Shown in pieces: positions 22,030 to 29,612 of a DNA stretch of 32,000 bases. Position 1 is the first letter of the stretch, and every line of letters begins with the position of its first letter. Made by a program: the position numbers and the translations under genes. The notes under the pieces are model-generated. The model did no database searches. It was not told where the DNA came from and saw only the letters and a list, made by a program, of their open reading frames with translations. Source of the DNA: Salmonella enterica subsp. enterica serovar Choleraesuis (lineage in GTDB: Bacteria; Pseudomonadota; Gammaproteobacteria; Enterobacterales; Enterobacteriaceae). The stretch spans positions 4,229,304 through 4,261,303 of the forward strand of contig AP025685.1 of the NCBI GenBank assembly GCA_022846635.1, given 5' to 3'.

Positions 22030-22338
22030 TACGGAATGACCAGGAGTTAAATTTATCTTTTACATACTACTTCACGCCTAAAGAAATGAGGTATGCGATA
22101 AATGGCATGAGTCATTTATATCTGAACCATTCATTAACGAGTGAAGTTTTTATTTTTAAAATAATGAATTTCATATGGCGTTTATAAAATTATCAAACGT
22201 TTATTAAAACATGGCGAAATGTTTTATTTTATATGTTGCGGGGTTTGGTTTATTTTTTGATTTTATATTAAAAACAAAGAGGAAAGCGTGGTTTATATTT
22301 TTTTGTGCGATTATTTCTTAATAACTCTCTGCATTAAG

Positions 22339-22366
22339 ATACCGTTCGGCCCTGGCCGAACGGTAT
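22339..22366 (-). terminator. Hairpin just downstream of the reductase gene (end of the oxidative operon)
   Basis: ataccgttcggc (22339-22350), cctg loop, gccgaacggtat (22355-22366): a perfect 12-bp stem 5 nt after the stop. There is no clear U-tract. Confidence 0.55.
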
Positions 22367-22370
22367 GCAG

Positions 22371-23327
22371 TTATAGATCCAGTACCAGCTTGCCGCTTTT
22401 GCACCCAGAAACACAGACCATCATCGAGCGATTTGCCTCCCGCTCACTCTTGCTGAGGATGCTATCACGATGATCGACCATCCCATCTATTACGACGGTT
22501 TCACACGAGCCGCAAACGCCTTCCCGGCAGCTGCAGTCTACCTGGCAGCCAGAAGCAAGCAATGCGTCTAGCAGTGATTGCCCGGCAGAGACCTCCAGCG
22601 TTTTTCCGCTTCTCTTAAGCTCAACCTGATAGCTCTGAGAGACTTCTTGAGTTTCAGCCATCGGGCGAGCGGCAAACCGTTCGATATGCACATTGTCATA
22701 GCCCAGCGCCTGGCAGGTATCTTCAAAAGCATTGAGCATTGCACCCGGGCCACAGCAGTAAAAGTGGCTGCCTGCTGGCTTATCTTTTAAGTATTGCGTC
22801 AAATCAGGCGGCGTTTGCTGCTCATCATCAAAATGCCAGGTTACATGGGAGTTCAATTGTTCGATTTGTTCGATAAATGCGGCTTCCAGACGGTTGCGAG
22901 CGCAATAGATAAGTTCTGCCGGCCGCGCATTTTCAACCAGGTTACTCAACATGCACAGAATAGGGGTAATGCCGATACCGCCAGCAACCAGTACCGAGTG
23001 CGCAGGCTCTTCAGATAGAGCAAAGTTGTTGCGCGGGGCGCTAATCGGCAGCAAAGTTCCCACCCGCAATTGCTCATGGATCCACGCCGAGCCGCCGCGG
23101 CTTTGCCTGTCGCGCAGAACCCCAACCACATATCCCGCCTGTTTCCCGTACTGGCTTAGCAGTGAGTAACTGCGAATTAAGCCATTAGGCAAATGGAGAT
23201 CGATATGGCTACCTGGCGCGTACTCCGGGAGCGGTGAGCCATCGGGTGAGCGTAGCTCTATGCTTAAAACGCCCTGAGCTTCATAACGAATGGTATGTAC
23301 GCGCGCGGTTAGTAAGTTATCAGACAT
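22371..23327 (-). CDS. PDR/VanB-type oxygenase reductase (FMN + NAD(P)H + C-terminal plant-type 2Fe-2S)
   Basis: RSYS (flavin), GGIGITP (NAD) and C-terminal CSCREGVCGSC...C (2Fe-2S), in the domain order typical of phthalate dioxygenase reductase. GGAG SD lies 6 nt upstream. Confidence 0.9.
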   Translation of the reverse strand: MSDNLLTARVHTIRYEAQGVLSIELRSPDGSPLPEYAPGSHIDLHLPNGLIRSYSLLSQYGKQAGYVVGVLRDRQSRGGSAWIHEQLRVGTLLPISAPRNNFALSEEPAHSVLVAGGIGITPILCMLSNLVENARPAELIYCARNRLEAAFIEQIEQLNSHVTWHFDDEQQTPPDLTQYLKDKPAGSHFYCCGPGAMLNAFEDTCQALGYDNVHIERFAARPMAETQEVSQSYQVELKRSGKTLEVSAGQSLLDALLASGCQVDCSCREGVCGSCETVVIDGMVDHRDSILSKSEREANRSMMVCVSGCKSGKLVLDL

Positions 23328-23341
23328 CTTGCGCTCCAGAG

Positions 23342-23767
23342 TTACAGAGTAGACAGATCGATATCGAGCCGGGCGCTGGCTTCAATCTCAACCCGCAGGT
23401 CAGGAAAAACCAGCTCCTTCACGCCCACAAGCGTCGAGGTAGGAAAGGTGCGCTGGCCGGAGAAAAAATCGCGTCGGGCTCTCCCGACCTCATCTTTATC
23501 GGCAATATCGGTGACATAAACCGTTAGCCGATAAATATTCCCAATGTGTCCACCGGCTGCCTCAACCAGCGCCTTGCACTTATTGAGCACAATAATTGTC
23601 TGGTCGTATACGCTGAGTGGGCGCAACTCTTTGGCTGCGCGCTCGGTAAAAGGGTGAGGCGTCATGCCGGAGAGCACTATCTCATTGCCAATACGCAAAG
23701 CATTGGACCAGGTTGCAGTGCTAAGTTCCGGCACTTCCGGGCTAGTGATTTTGGCTACCTGGCTCAT
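23342..23767 (-). CDS. YjgF/RidA-superfamily protein lacking the catalytic Arg
   Basis: 141 aa. The C-terminal TFPTSTLVGV...RVEIEA aligns by hand to E. coli RidA TFPARSCVEV...KIEIEA, with Ser in place of Arg105. Its ATGA overlaps the Rieske gene stop. Confidence 0.85.
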   Translation of the reverse strand: MSQVAKITSPEVPELSTATWSNALRIGNEIVLSGMTPHPFTERAAKELRPLSVYDQTIIVLNKCKALVEAAGGHIGNIYRLTVYVTDIADKDEVGRARRDFFSGQRTFPTSTLVGVKELVFPDLRVEIEASARLDIDLSTL

Positions 23768-24792
23768 GGCTGCCGCTCCAGTTGGGCCTGCGCTTTATTC
23801 TTCAGATAACGGCGCAGGCGGACCAGGCCAATATCGTGCTGGTATAGGTTTTCCCGCTGATTGGCTAGCGGCTCCATATTTTCCAGGGCATTGCGATCCT
23901 GCTCCAGCACAGCCCAGTGACGGGCTTCCAGCCGGTTGCGATACAGGAAGCGCCAGGTACTACGTTGCCAGTCCTGAACCGGGCGGCAGCGCCAGTGGAA
24001 AACACAGCTCACGCCGGGAGCTCCCGGAGTAAAACTGCCGATGATGGTGAAGTTCCCTCCCGGCCCGCCGGTGCGTGGATAAGGAATGGCCAGGCGCATC
24101 CAGTGGCAGCCATTATCAATGAATTCACTCCAGTCAAAGTTAACGCCGCGCTGGCCTTCTTTTTCAAAGAAGAATCCCTGGTCGGTATCGCGAATCACAA
24201 AGCGAGCGCTGTTTTCCCCTTCACTCATAGAGTGCGAGATTTTATGCAGATAAGCGCCGTGCATAGGATCCATCACATTATCGAGAATATAGCGGTAGTC
24301 GGTGCGCCATTCGGTGTAACACAGAAAATAGCTCCAGTCAGGAGAACTTAACTGCTCCGGCAGCACTAATTCCGGGGGCGCTTCCAGCGTTGGATTGGTA
24401 GCGTTATAAACAAAAAGGGTATCTGCGGCTTCGCGTACGTGGAAGGTGCGGGCAGCGTGGCTTCCTTCCAGTTTACAGCCAGGGCTTCCTGGTACTTTTG
24501 TTACCATGCCATCGCAACGAACTTCAACGCCGTGATACGGGCATTGCAGCCTGTCGCCAAGTACCGCCCCCATCGAGAGTGGTGCACCGCGATGCGGACA
24601 GTGATCTTCCAGGGCATGGGCTTTACCATCCTGATCGCGCCATAGCACGATTTTGTATCCCAGCCGACGTAGCGATAGCGGTTTATTGCTCAGCATTCGC
24701 GCTGGAAGAATGGGAAACCACTGGTCTTTAAGGCCATTGGCCAGGATGTTTTCAATCAGAACATCATTACTATTCACCGTCATATTGCTCAT
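23764..24792 (-). CDS. VanA/phthalate-family Rieske non-heme-iron oxygenase (alpha-only type)
   Basis: Rieske CPHRG-x16-CPYHG. The mononuclear Fe motif is DNVMDPMHGAYLH (compare VanA DNLMDLTHETYVH). The start is uncertain: ATG 24792 is preferred, ATG 24783 or TTG 24813 are possible. Confidence 0.88.
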   Translation of the reverse strand: MSNMTVNSNDVLIENILANGLKDQWFPILPARMLSNKPLSLRRLGYKIVLWRDQDGKAHALEDHCPHRGAPLSMGAVLGDRLQCPYHGVEVRCDGMVTKVPGSPGCKLEGSHAARTFHVREAADTLFVYNATNPTLEAPPELVLPEQLSSPDWSYFLCYTEWRTDYRYILDNVMDPMHGAYLHKISHSMSEGENSARFVIRDTDQGFFFEKEGQRGVNFDWSEFIDNGCHWMRLAIPYPRTGGPGGNFTIIGSFTPGAPGVSCVFHWRCRPVQDWQRSTWRFLYRNRLEARHWAVLEQDRNALENMEPLANQRENLYQHDIGLVRLRRYLKNKAQAQLERQP

Positions 24793-24802
24793 CCTATGTA
24801 CC

Positions 24803-25024
24803 TTAATAACCAAGCTTATTCATTAATTGTTGATAGGCATCCTGGGTCCATTCGCCGTTAGTCAGCGGACACGGCGGGCCGGATTTATTGAGGCGCGCAA
24901 CCACCCCTTCCAGTGTTTCGATGCCAGAAGCAAAGGCGCTTTCGATAGCATCGCCCAGCAGATCTTCAAAGGCGGTAGCGGGCGCATCACGGTTTTGGTG
25001 GGTTTCGTTATAGAGTTCGTTCAC
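24803..25024 (-). CDS. 73-aa protein of unknown function (recombinase-domain-like helix motif)
   Basis: The GTG start has GGAGG 9 nt upstream, inside the preceding gene. It lies 2 nt after the upstream stop. VVARLNKSGPPCPLTNGEWTQDAYQQLMNKLGY resembles the IA..LN..G.PTP.G..W....V..IL.N..Y pattern of large-serine-recombinase 'recombinase' domains. Confidence 0.65.
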   Translation of the reverse strand: MNELYNETHQNRDAPATAFEDLLGDAIESAFASGIETLEGVVARLNKSGPPCPLTNGEWTQDAYQQLMNKLGY

Positions 25025-25026
25025 TT

Positions 25027-25356
25027 TTACTGGCCTCCGTTACGGACGCGTTCGCGAATACGTTCACGAACCGGAATAAAGTCATAGGTTGGGTAACATT
25101 CGGTGCGGAAAACGCCCCAGGCAGATCGCTCCAGCTCCACATTGATTTGTGGGAGCAGGGCGGGGGGCAGGCGCAGGGTCACAATCTGACCAAGCCCCAT
25201 GGCTACTGTCCATGAAACCAGCTCGACGCCGGGAACCGGGAAGCGCTCCCACCACTCCATGGTTTTCATATGGCTTTGGATGTCTTCCAGGTTTTTCGAC
25301 TGATCGTGCTTCAAAATTACGGTCAGTAGCAGGGTGTCAGGCTGATGTTCATTCAT
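25027..25356 (-). CDS. 109-aa protein of unknown function
   Basis: Its ATG overlaps the dioxygenase stop (ATGA), and GGAGA lies 7 nt upstream. It has no signal peptide or TM segment and belongs to no family I can name. Confidence 0.7.
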   Translation of the reverse strand: MNEHQPDTLLLTVILKHDQSKNLEDIQSHMKTMEWWERFPVPGVELVSWTVAMGLGQIVTLRLPPALLPQINVELERSAWGVFRTECYPTYDFIPVRERIRERVRNGGQ

Positions 25357-26330
25357 GATTTGTTCTCCGGTGATTTAGCGGTAATAAAAGCACCTGCGGG
25401 TTTAGCTGCCTGGTGCTGGCGGCGGGTTACGCCGTCGATGCCTCCGGCAATAGCCCATTCAGCGAAGACCGTAGGACCGGGTTCAAAGCTGCGGGGCTGC
25501 CATTCACCGGTGAGCTCATCTTCATCTGCGTAATACTCCACCAGTGCGCCGGCCGGATTTTTGAAATACCAGAAAAAGGCGGAAGAGACCGGGTGACGCC
25601 CAGGCCCTAATTCGGTCTCCCATCCGCAGCGTGATATGTGCATACCGCCGCCAAAGACTTCATGAATATCCCGAACCGTAAAGGCGACGTGATTGAGACC
25701 AACGCCGCGCTCCGGCAGTTGGAGAAAGAAGATATCGTGGTGGCCACCCTCTTCAGCGGTGCGTAAAAAAGCCCCCTTTTTGGGGTAGCTGTCGGATAAC
25801 GCAAAACCAAATGATTCGCGATAAAAACGCTCACAGGCTTCAACGTCGGTGACGAAAAACACCACATGGCCAACTTCAATTGGCGTGGCGCGTTGGTAAA
25901 TAGGGCTGGGGGTATTAATGCGCCCTTTATGATTCCAGGTGTTATGGCTGGCGCAAACGTCCAGCACTACCTCGCGCTTGCGCTGATGCTGAAAGCCGAT
26001 AGCCAAGCCGTTAGGATCGAGACAACCCACCCGATCTTCGGTGCGGTAAAATTCTGGGCAATGCTCAGTTTTGGCCGCGTAATCATTTAGAGAATCGCTG
26101 GAATCGACGCCCCAGATAACTTCGCGCACCGTAGAGCCAGGCTCAATAGCCGGTGGCAGGCTTGGATCGTTGCTATTTGCCAGGATCACCCGGCAGCCAT
26201 TGAGAGTCTCGAAAACGACCCGATGCTGACTGTCGGAGATTAAGCTCAGGCCCCAATCCAGAAAAAATGACCGGCATTTGTCGATATCCTCGACACCCCA
26301 CGTAATTTCATCAATTCCTCTGACGCTCAT
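25353..26330 (-). CDS. Two-domain VOC-superfamily (type I extradiol dioxygenase-like) protein
   Basis: 325 aa. Candidate 2-His-1-carboxylate ligands lie in GHVVFF, NHVAFT and LVEYYADE, in the usual order and spacing. GGAG SD lies 5 nt upstream. Confidence 0.85.
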   Translation of the reverse strand: MSVRGIDEITWGVEDIDKCRSFFLDWGLSLISDSQHRVVFETLNGCRVILANSNDPSLPPAIEPGSTVREVIWGVDSSDSLNDYAAKTEHCPEFYRTEDRVGCLDPNGLAIGFQHQRKREVVLDVCASHNTWNHKGRINTPSPIYQRATPIEVGHVVFFVTDVEACERFYRESFGFALSDSYPKKGAFLRTAEEGGHHDIFFLQLPERGVGLNHVAFTVRDIHEVFGGGMHISRCGWETELGPGRHPVSSAFFWYFKNPAGALVEYYADEDELTGEWQPRSFEPGPTVFAEWAIAGGIDGVTRRQHQAAKPAGAFITAKSPENKS

Positions 26331-26343
26331 AATGACTCCAGAA

Positions 26344-27615
26344 TTAGTAACGTTTGACTATTGGCAGCAGGATGAAGGCCCCGACCGCGGAGATAGCCAC
26401 TAAGAACATCAGCCCATAATCCATGTTGTGGGTGAGGGCAATGAGCGCCCCCATCACAACCGGTGCCAGCGCTCCGGCGAAGTTGCCGATGCCGTTAAAG
26501 ATCCCGCCCGCCGTTGCGCTAACTTCCGCGCGGGTTACTTTCGCCAGCAAGGCGATAAGGTTGGGAGAGGCGGCTCCCCACATAAAGGTACTGAATGACA
26601 TAGCGCTTATAACCAGTAACGGGCTGCTGACTTGCATTACCCAGACCAGCCCGGCCGCTGCGCCGAGCAGAGCAACCAGACAGATCCCCGCCCGGCGGTC
26701 GAGTTTGTCTGATAGCAATGCGCCCAGAATTTCGCCCAGCAACATGGCAATAAAGGGCAGAGAAGAGAGGTATCCGGCATCGGAAAGGTGAATGTTTTTA
26801 CCATCGATAAGATAGCTGGGCAGCCAGCCATTCATGCCCCAGAGATAGGTCATAAAGGCAATATTAAACAGGCAAATAAGCCAGAAGCTGGGGTTCTTAT
26901 ATAACTCGCTTCGGTGGCTTTTACGTTCCTGTGATGAAGATTTTGGTCGCGCCGGACGAGAGCCATTAGCGGCTGACTGGGTCAGATACTGGCGCATTCC
27001 ATAGAGCACCAGCAGCATGACCGGCAAGGTAAGCAGGGTCATAAAGTAGAAAGTAGCCTGCCAGCCGAAGTGGCCGAGAATGTAGAGCGTGGCAGGAAAG
27101 CCAAGCGCCGCGCCCAACGGGGTGCCAAGTAGCCACATCATATTGGCCCGTGCCTGCAGGTGGGCCGGGAAGGTCTGGCGGATAATGGTATAAGAGATAG
27201 CGACCAGCGGCCCTTCGCTAATCCCCAGCAAAATACGTAATACAATCATTGCCTGCCAGGAGTGACATAGCCCCATCAAGGCCATTAGCACACTCCAGCT
27301 CAGCATCATCCCCAGCAGCACTTTGACCGGATTGATACGATCGCCAATGCCGCTAATAAACAGGGAGGACAGACCATAAGCAACTAAGAAAGCGCTCATC
27401 AGCAATCCGGATAGTGCGGTATTGCTACCTATCCCCTGGGCTTCGAGAAATGCATGATCGGAAAACAGCGCTGCAATGCTGATTTTGTCGAAGAAGGCCA
27501 GTAATACGCAGGCAAACAGTGCGATGGGTACGGGCCAGCTAATTTTCTGCGGGGCCGAATAATCCATGGCTCCATCAACAAGCGTTTTCGGTGAATCTAC
27601 GTCCTGAGTCGTCAT
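26344..27615 (-). CDS. MFS transporter (organic-anion / aromatic-acid type)
   Basis: Approx 12 hydrophobic helices. I place the start at ATG 27615 (MTTQDVDSPK...). The 64-aa track extension up to 27807 is Cys/Arg-rich and looks non-coding. Confidence 0.85.
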   Translation of the reverse strand: MTTQDVDSPKTLVDGAMDYSAPQKISWPVPIALFACVLLAFFDKISIAALFSDHAFLEAQGIGSNTALSGLLMSAFLVAYGLSSLFISGIGDRINPVKVLLGMMLSWSVLMALMGLCHSWQAMIVLRILLGISEGPLVAISYTIIRQTFPAHLQARANMMWLLGTPLGAALGFPATLYILGHFGWQATFYFMTLLTLPVMLLVLYGMRQYLTQSAANGSRPARPKSSSQERKSHRSELYKNPSFWLICLFNIAFMTYLWGMNGWLPSYLIDGKNIHLSDAGYLSSLPFIAMLLGEILGALLSDKLDRRAGICLVALLGAAAGLVWVMQVSSPLLVISAMSFSTFMWGAASPNLIALLAKVTRAEVSATAGGIFNGIGNFAGALAPVVMGALIALTHNMDYGLMFLVAISAVGAFILLPIVKRY

Positions 27616-28174
27616 ACCGGATACCTGTGTTCGCCTGAGAACCTGCCGGAGCAGAGTTTTCAGAATTAAGCGTGTGATCTCATGGCAGAGATCGAACCGA
27701 CGCTCCTTCGTCACCAGCTTTCCACGGATACAGCACTGAAGATGTCGTCCAGACCAGGGCAAAAAATTTGCGCAATAGAAGCCCGTGCTTATGGAAACCA
27801 TAAACAAACGGCGAACAATATTTTGTGTTAACTAATTGTTTATTTTGGTAATGGCCAGAGCTCATTTCCGAATATGCGGTTAACGAACCCAGGTCTTTTT
27901 ACCATTTATTTTCCCTGCACCTGTTTTATGTAAGTGTTTCATATATAAAACAAAGTTTCTTAAGTGAACCAATGATTCGATTCTAATCAGAGGCGGGTGA
28001 CTGTCAATAAAACGGTCATATATTCTGGTGATGAATACGTCATTTTTGTTTGAAATATGTTAAATGTCACAAACGTGAACAATAGTCGTGAGGTTATTTC
28101 AGGATGAAGAGGGGAGGGAAAGGATTTATTGGGGAAATAACGGCTATCCGCAGACAGCCATTATTATTGGGCTA

Positions 28175-29539
28175 TTACTTACCGATGCAAAAGCTGGAGA
28201 AGATGCGGCCTAGCAAATCATCAGAAGTAAACTCTCCGGTTATCTCACATAACGCCTGTTGTGCCAGACGCAATTCTTCAGCCAGTAGTTCACCAGCCAT
28301 GGCGCCCAGCAGCTGATCTTTACCTTGTTCCAGGTGGGTAGCTGCCAGCTCTAAAGCCTGAAGATGGCGACGGCGGGCCATAAAGCCGCCTTCCATTGTG
28401 GTGTCGAAACCCATGCTCTGTTTGAGATGGTTACGCAGCAGCGCGATGCCATCACCGGAGCGTGCCGACAGGCGAATAAGCGTATGGCCTGCTTTTTCTT
28501 CAATACCCGGCTGCTCGGCCGTGATATCGGCTTTATTGCGCACCACGGTTACCGGTAAACGTTCCGGCAGACGCGCCATAAAGTCAGGCCAGATAGCGGC
28601 GGGATCGACGGCATCGGTAGTGGTGCCATCGACCATAAACAGCACCCGGTCGGCTTGTTCTATTTCCTGCCATGCGCGCTCAATACCAATACGTTCAACT
28701 TCGTCGCTGGCTTCGCGCAAACCGGCGGTATCGATAATATGCAGCGGCATGCCGTCGATATTAATCTGCTCGCGCAATACGTCGCGAGTAGTACCAGCAA
28801 TATCGGTCACAATAGCCGCTTCCCGGCCTGCCAGCGCATTAAGCAGGCTCGACTTCCCGGCGTTAGGACGTCCGGCAATCACCACCTTCATCCCTTCGCG
28901 CAGCAGGCTTCCCTGGTGCGCTTCCTGACGTACGGAATCCAGTGAGTCGATAACTTCATTAAGCTGAGCCTCGATTTTACCGTCGGAGAGGAAATCTATC
29001 TCTTCATCAGGGAAGTCGATGGCGGCTTCAACGAAGATACGCAGATGAGTTAGCGATTCAACCAGGTGGTTAACCCGGGTAGAGAAAGCACCCTGAAGCG
29101 AACCAAGGGCCGAACGCGCCGCCTGTTCGGAGCTGGCGTCAATCAGATCGGCAATAGCCTCAGCCTGAGCCAGATCGAGCTTGTCATTTAAAAACGCGCG
29201 CTCTGAAAACTCGCCCGGTCGGGCAATACGCAGCCCTGGCACCGCCAGAATGCGATTAAGGAGCATATCGAGAATAACCGGCCCGCCGTGGCCCTGAAGT
29301 TCCAGCACATCCTCCCCGGTAAAGGAGTTCGGGCCGGGAAACCACAGCGCAATGCCCTGATCGAGCACCTGCTGGTTTGCGTCTAAAAATGGCAGATAGT
29401 CGGCATAGCGAGGCTTTGGGAGTTTCCCAAGCACGGCCTGCGCCACATCGCGGGCATGAAGACCGGAAATGCGCAGAATACCAACACCACCGCGTCCCGG
29501 TGGGGTTGCCTGGGCGACGATAGTGTCGTTATGGCTCAT
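28175..29539 (-). CDS. mnmE: tRNA U34 5-carboxymethylaminomethyl modification GTPase
   Basis: 454 aa. [27 protein letters not shown]1 GRPNAGKSS and the C-terminal FCIGK are near-identical to E. coli MnmE. Confidence 0.97.
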   Translation of the reverse strand: MSHNDTIVAQATPPGRGGVGILRISGLHARDVAQAVLGKLPKPRYADYLPFLDANQQVLDQGIALWFPGPNSFTGEDVLELQGHGGPVILDMLLNRILAVPGLRIARPGEFSERAFLNDKLDLAQAEAIADLIDASSEQAARSALGSLQGAFSTRVNHLVESLTHLRIFVEAAIDFPDEEIDFLSDGKIEAQLNEVIDSLDSVRQEAHQGSLLREGMKVVIAGRPNAGKSSLLNALAGREAAIVTDIAGTTRDVLREQINIDGMPLHIIDTAGLREASDEVERIGIERAWQEIEQADRVLFMVDGTTTDAVDPAAIWPDFMARLPERLPVTVVRNKADITAEQPGIEEKAGHTLIRLSARSGDGIALLRNHLKQSMGFDTTMEGGFMARRRHLQALELAATHLEQGKDQLLGAMAGELLAEELRLAQQALCEITGEFTSDDLLGRIFSSFCIGK

Positions 29540-29561
29540 GGTTAGTCTCTATTTGGGCAAT

Positions 29562-29587
29562 AAAAAAGGCGGTCATTCGACCGCCTT
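29562..29587 (-). terminator. Rho-independent terminator after yidC
   Basis: The - strand reads aaggcggtc-gaat-gaccgcctt followed by T6 (+ strand A-run 29562-29567; stem arms 29566-29574 and 29579-29587). Confidence 0.8.
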
Positions 29588-29612
29588 CCATTTTAGCGCT
29601 TACAGCATCGAA

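Noticed and set aside
22211-22321. A 36-codon + strand mini-ORF (MAKCFILYVAGFGLFFDFILKTKRKAWFIFFCAIIS), resembling a type I toxin or small membrane peptide, followed by the 22339-22366 hairpin
   Set aside because: It lies in approx 23% G+C, T-rich DNA, where Phe/Ile/Leu-rich ORFs arise by chance. No SD precedes the ATG. The hairpin is better explained as the end of the convergent operon. It is worth a ribosome-profiling look only.
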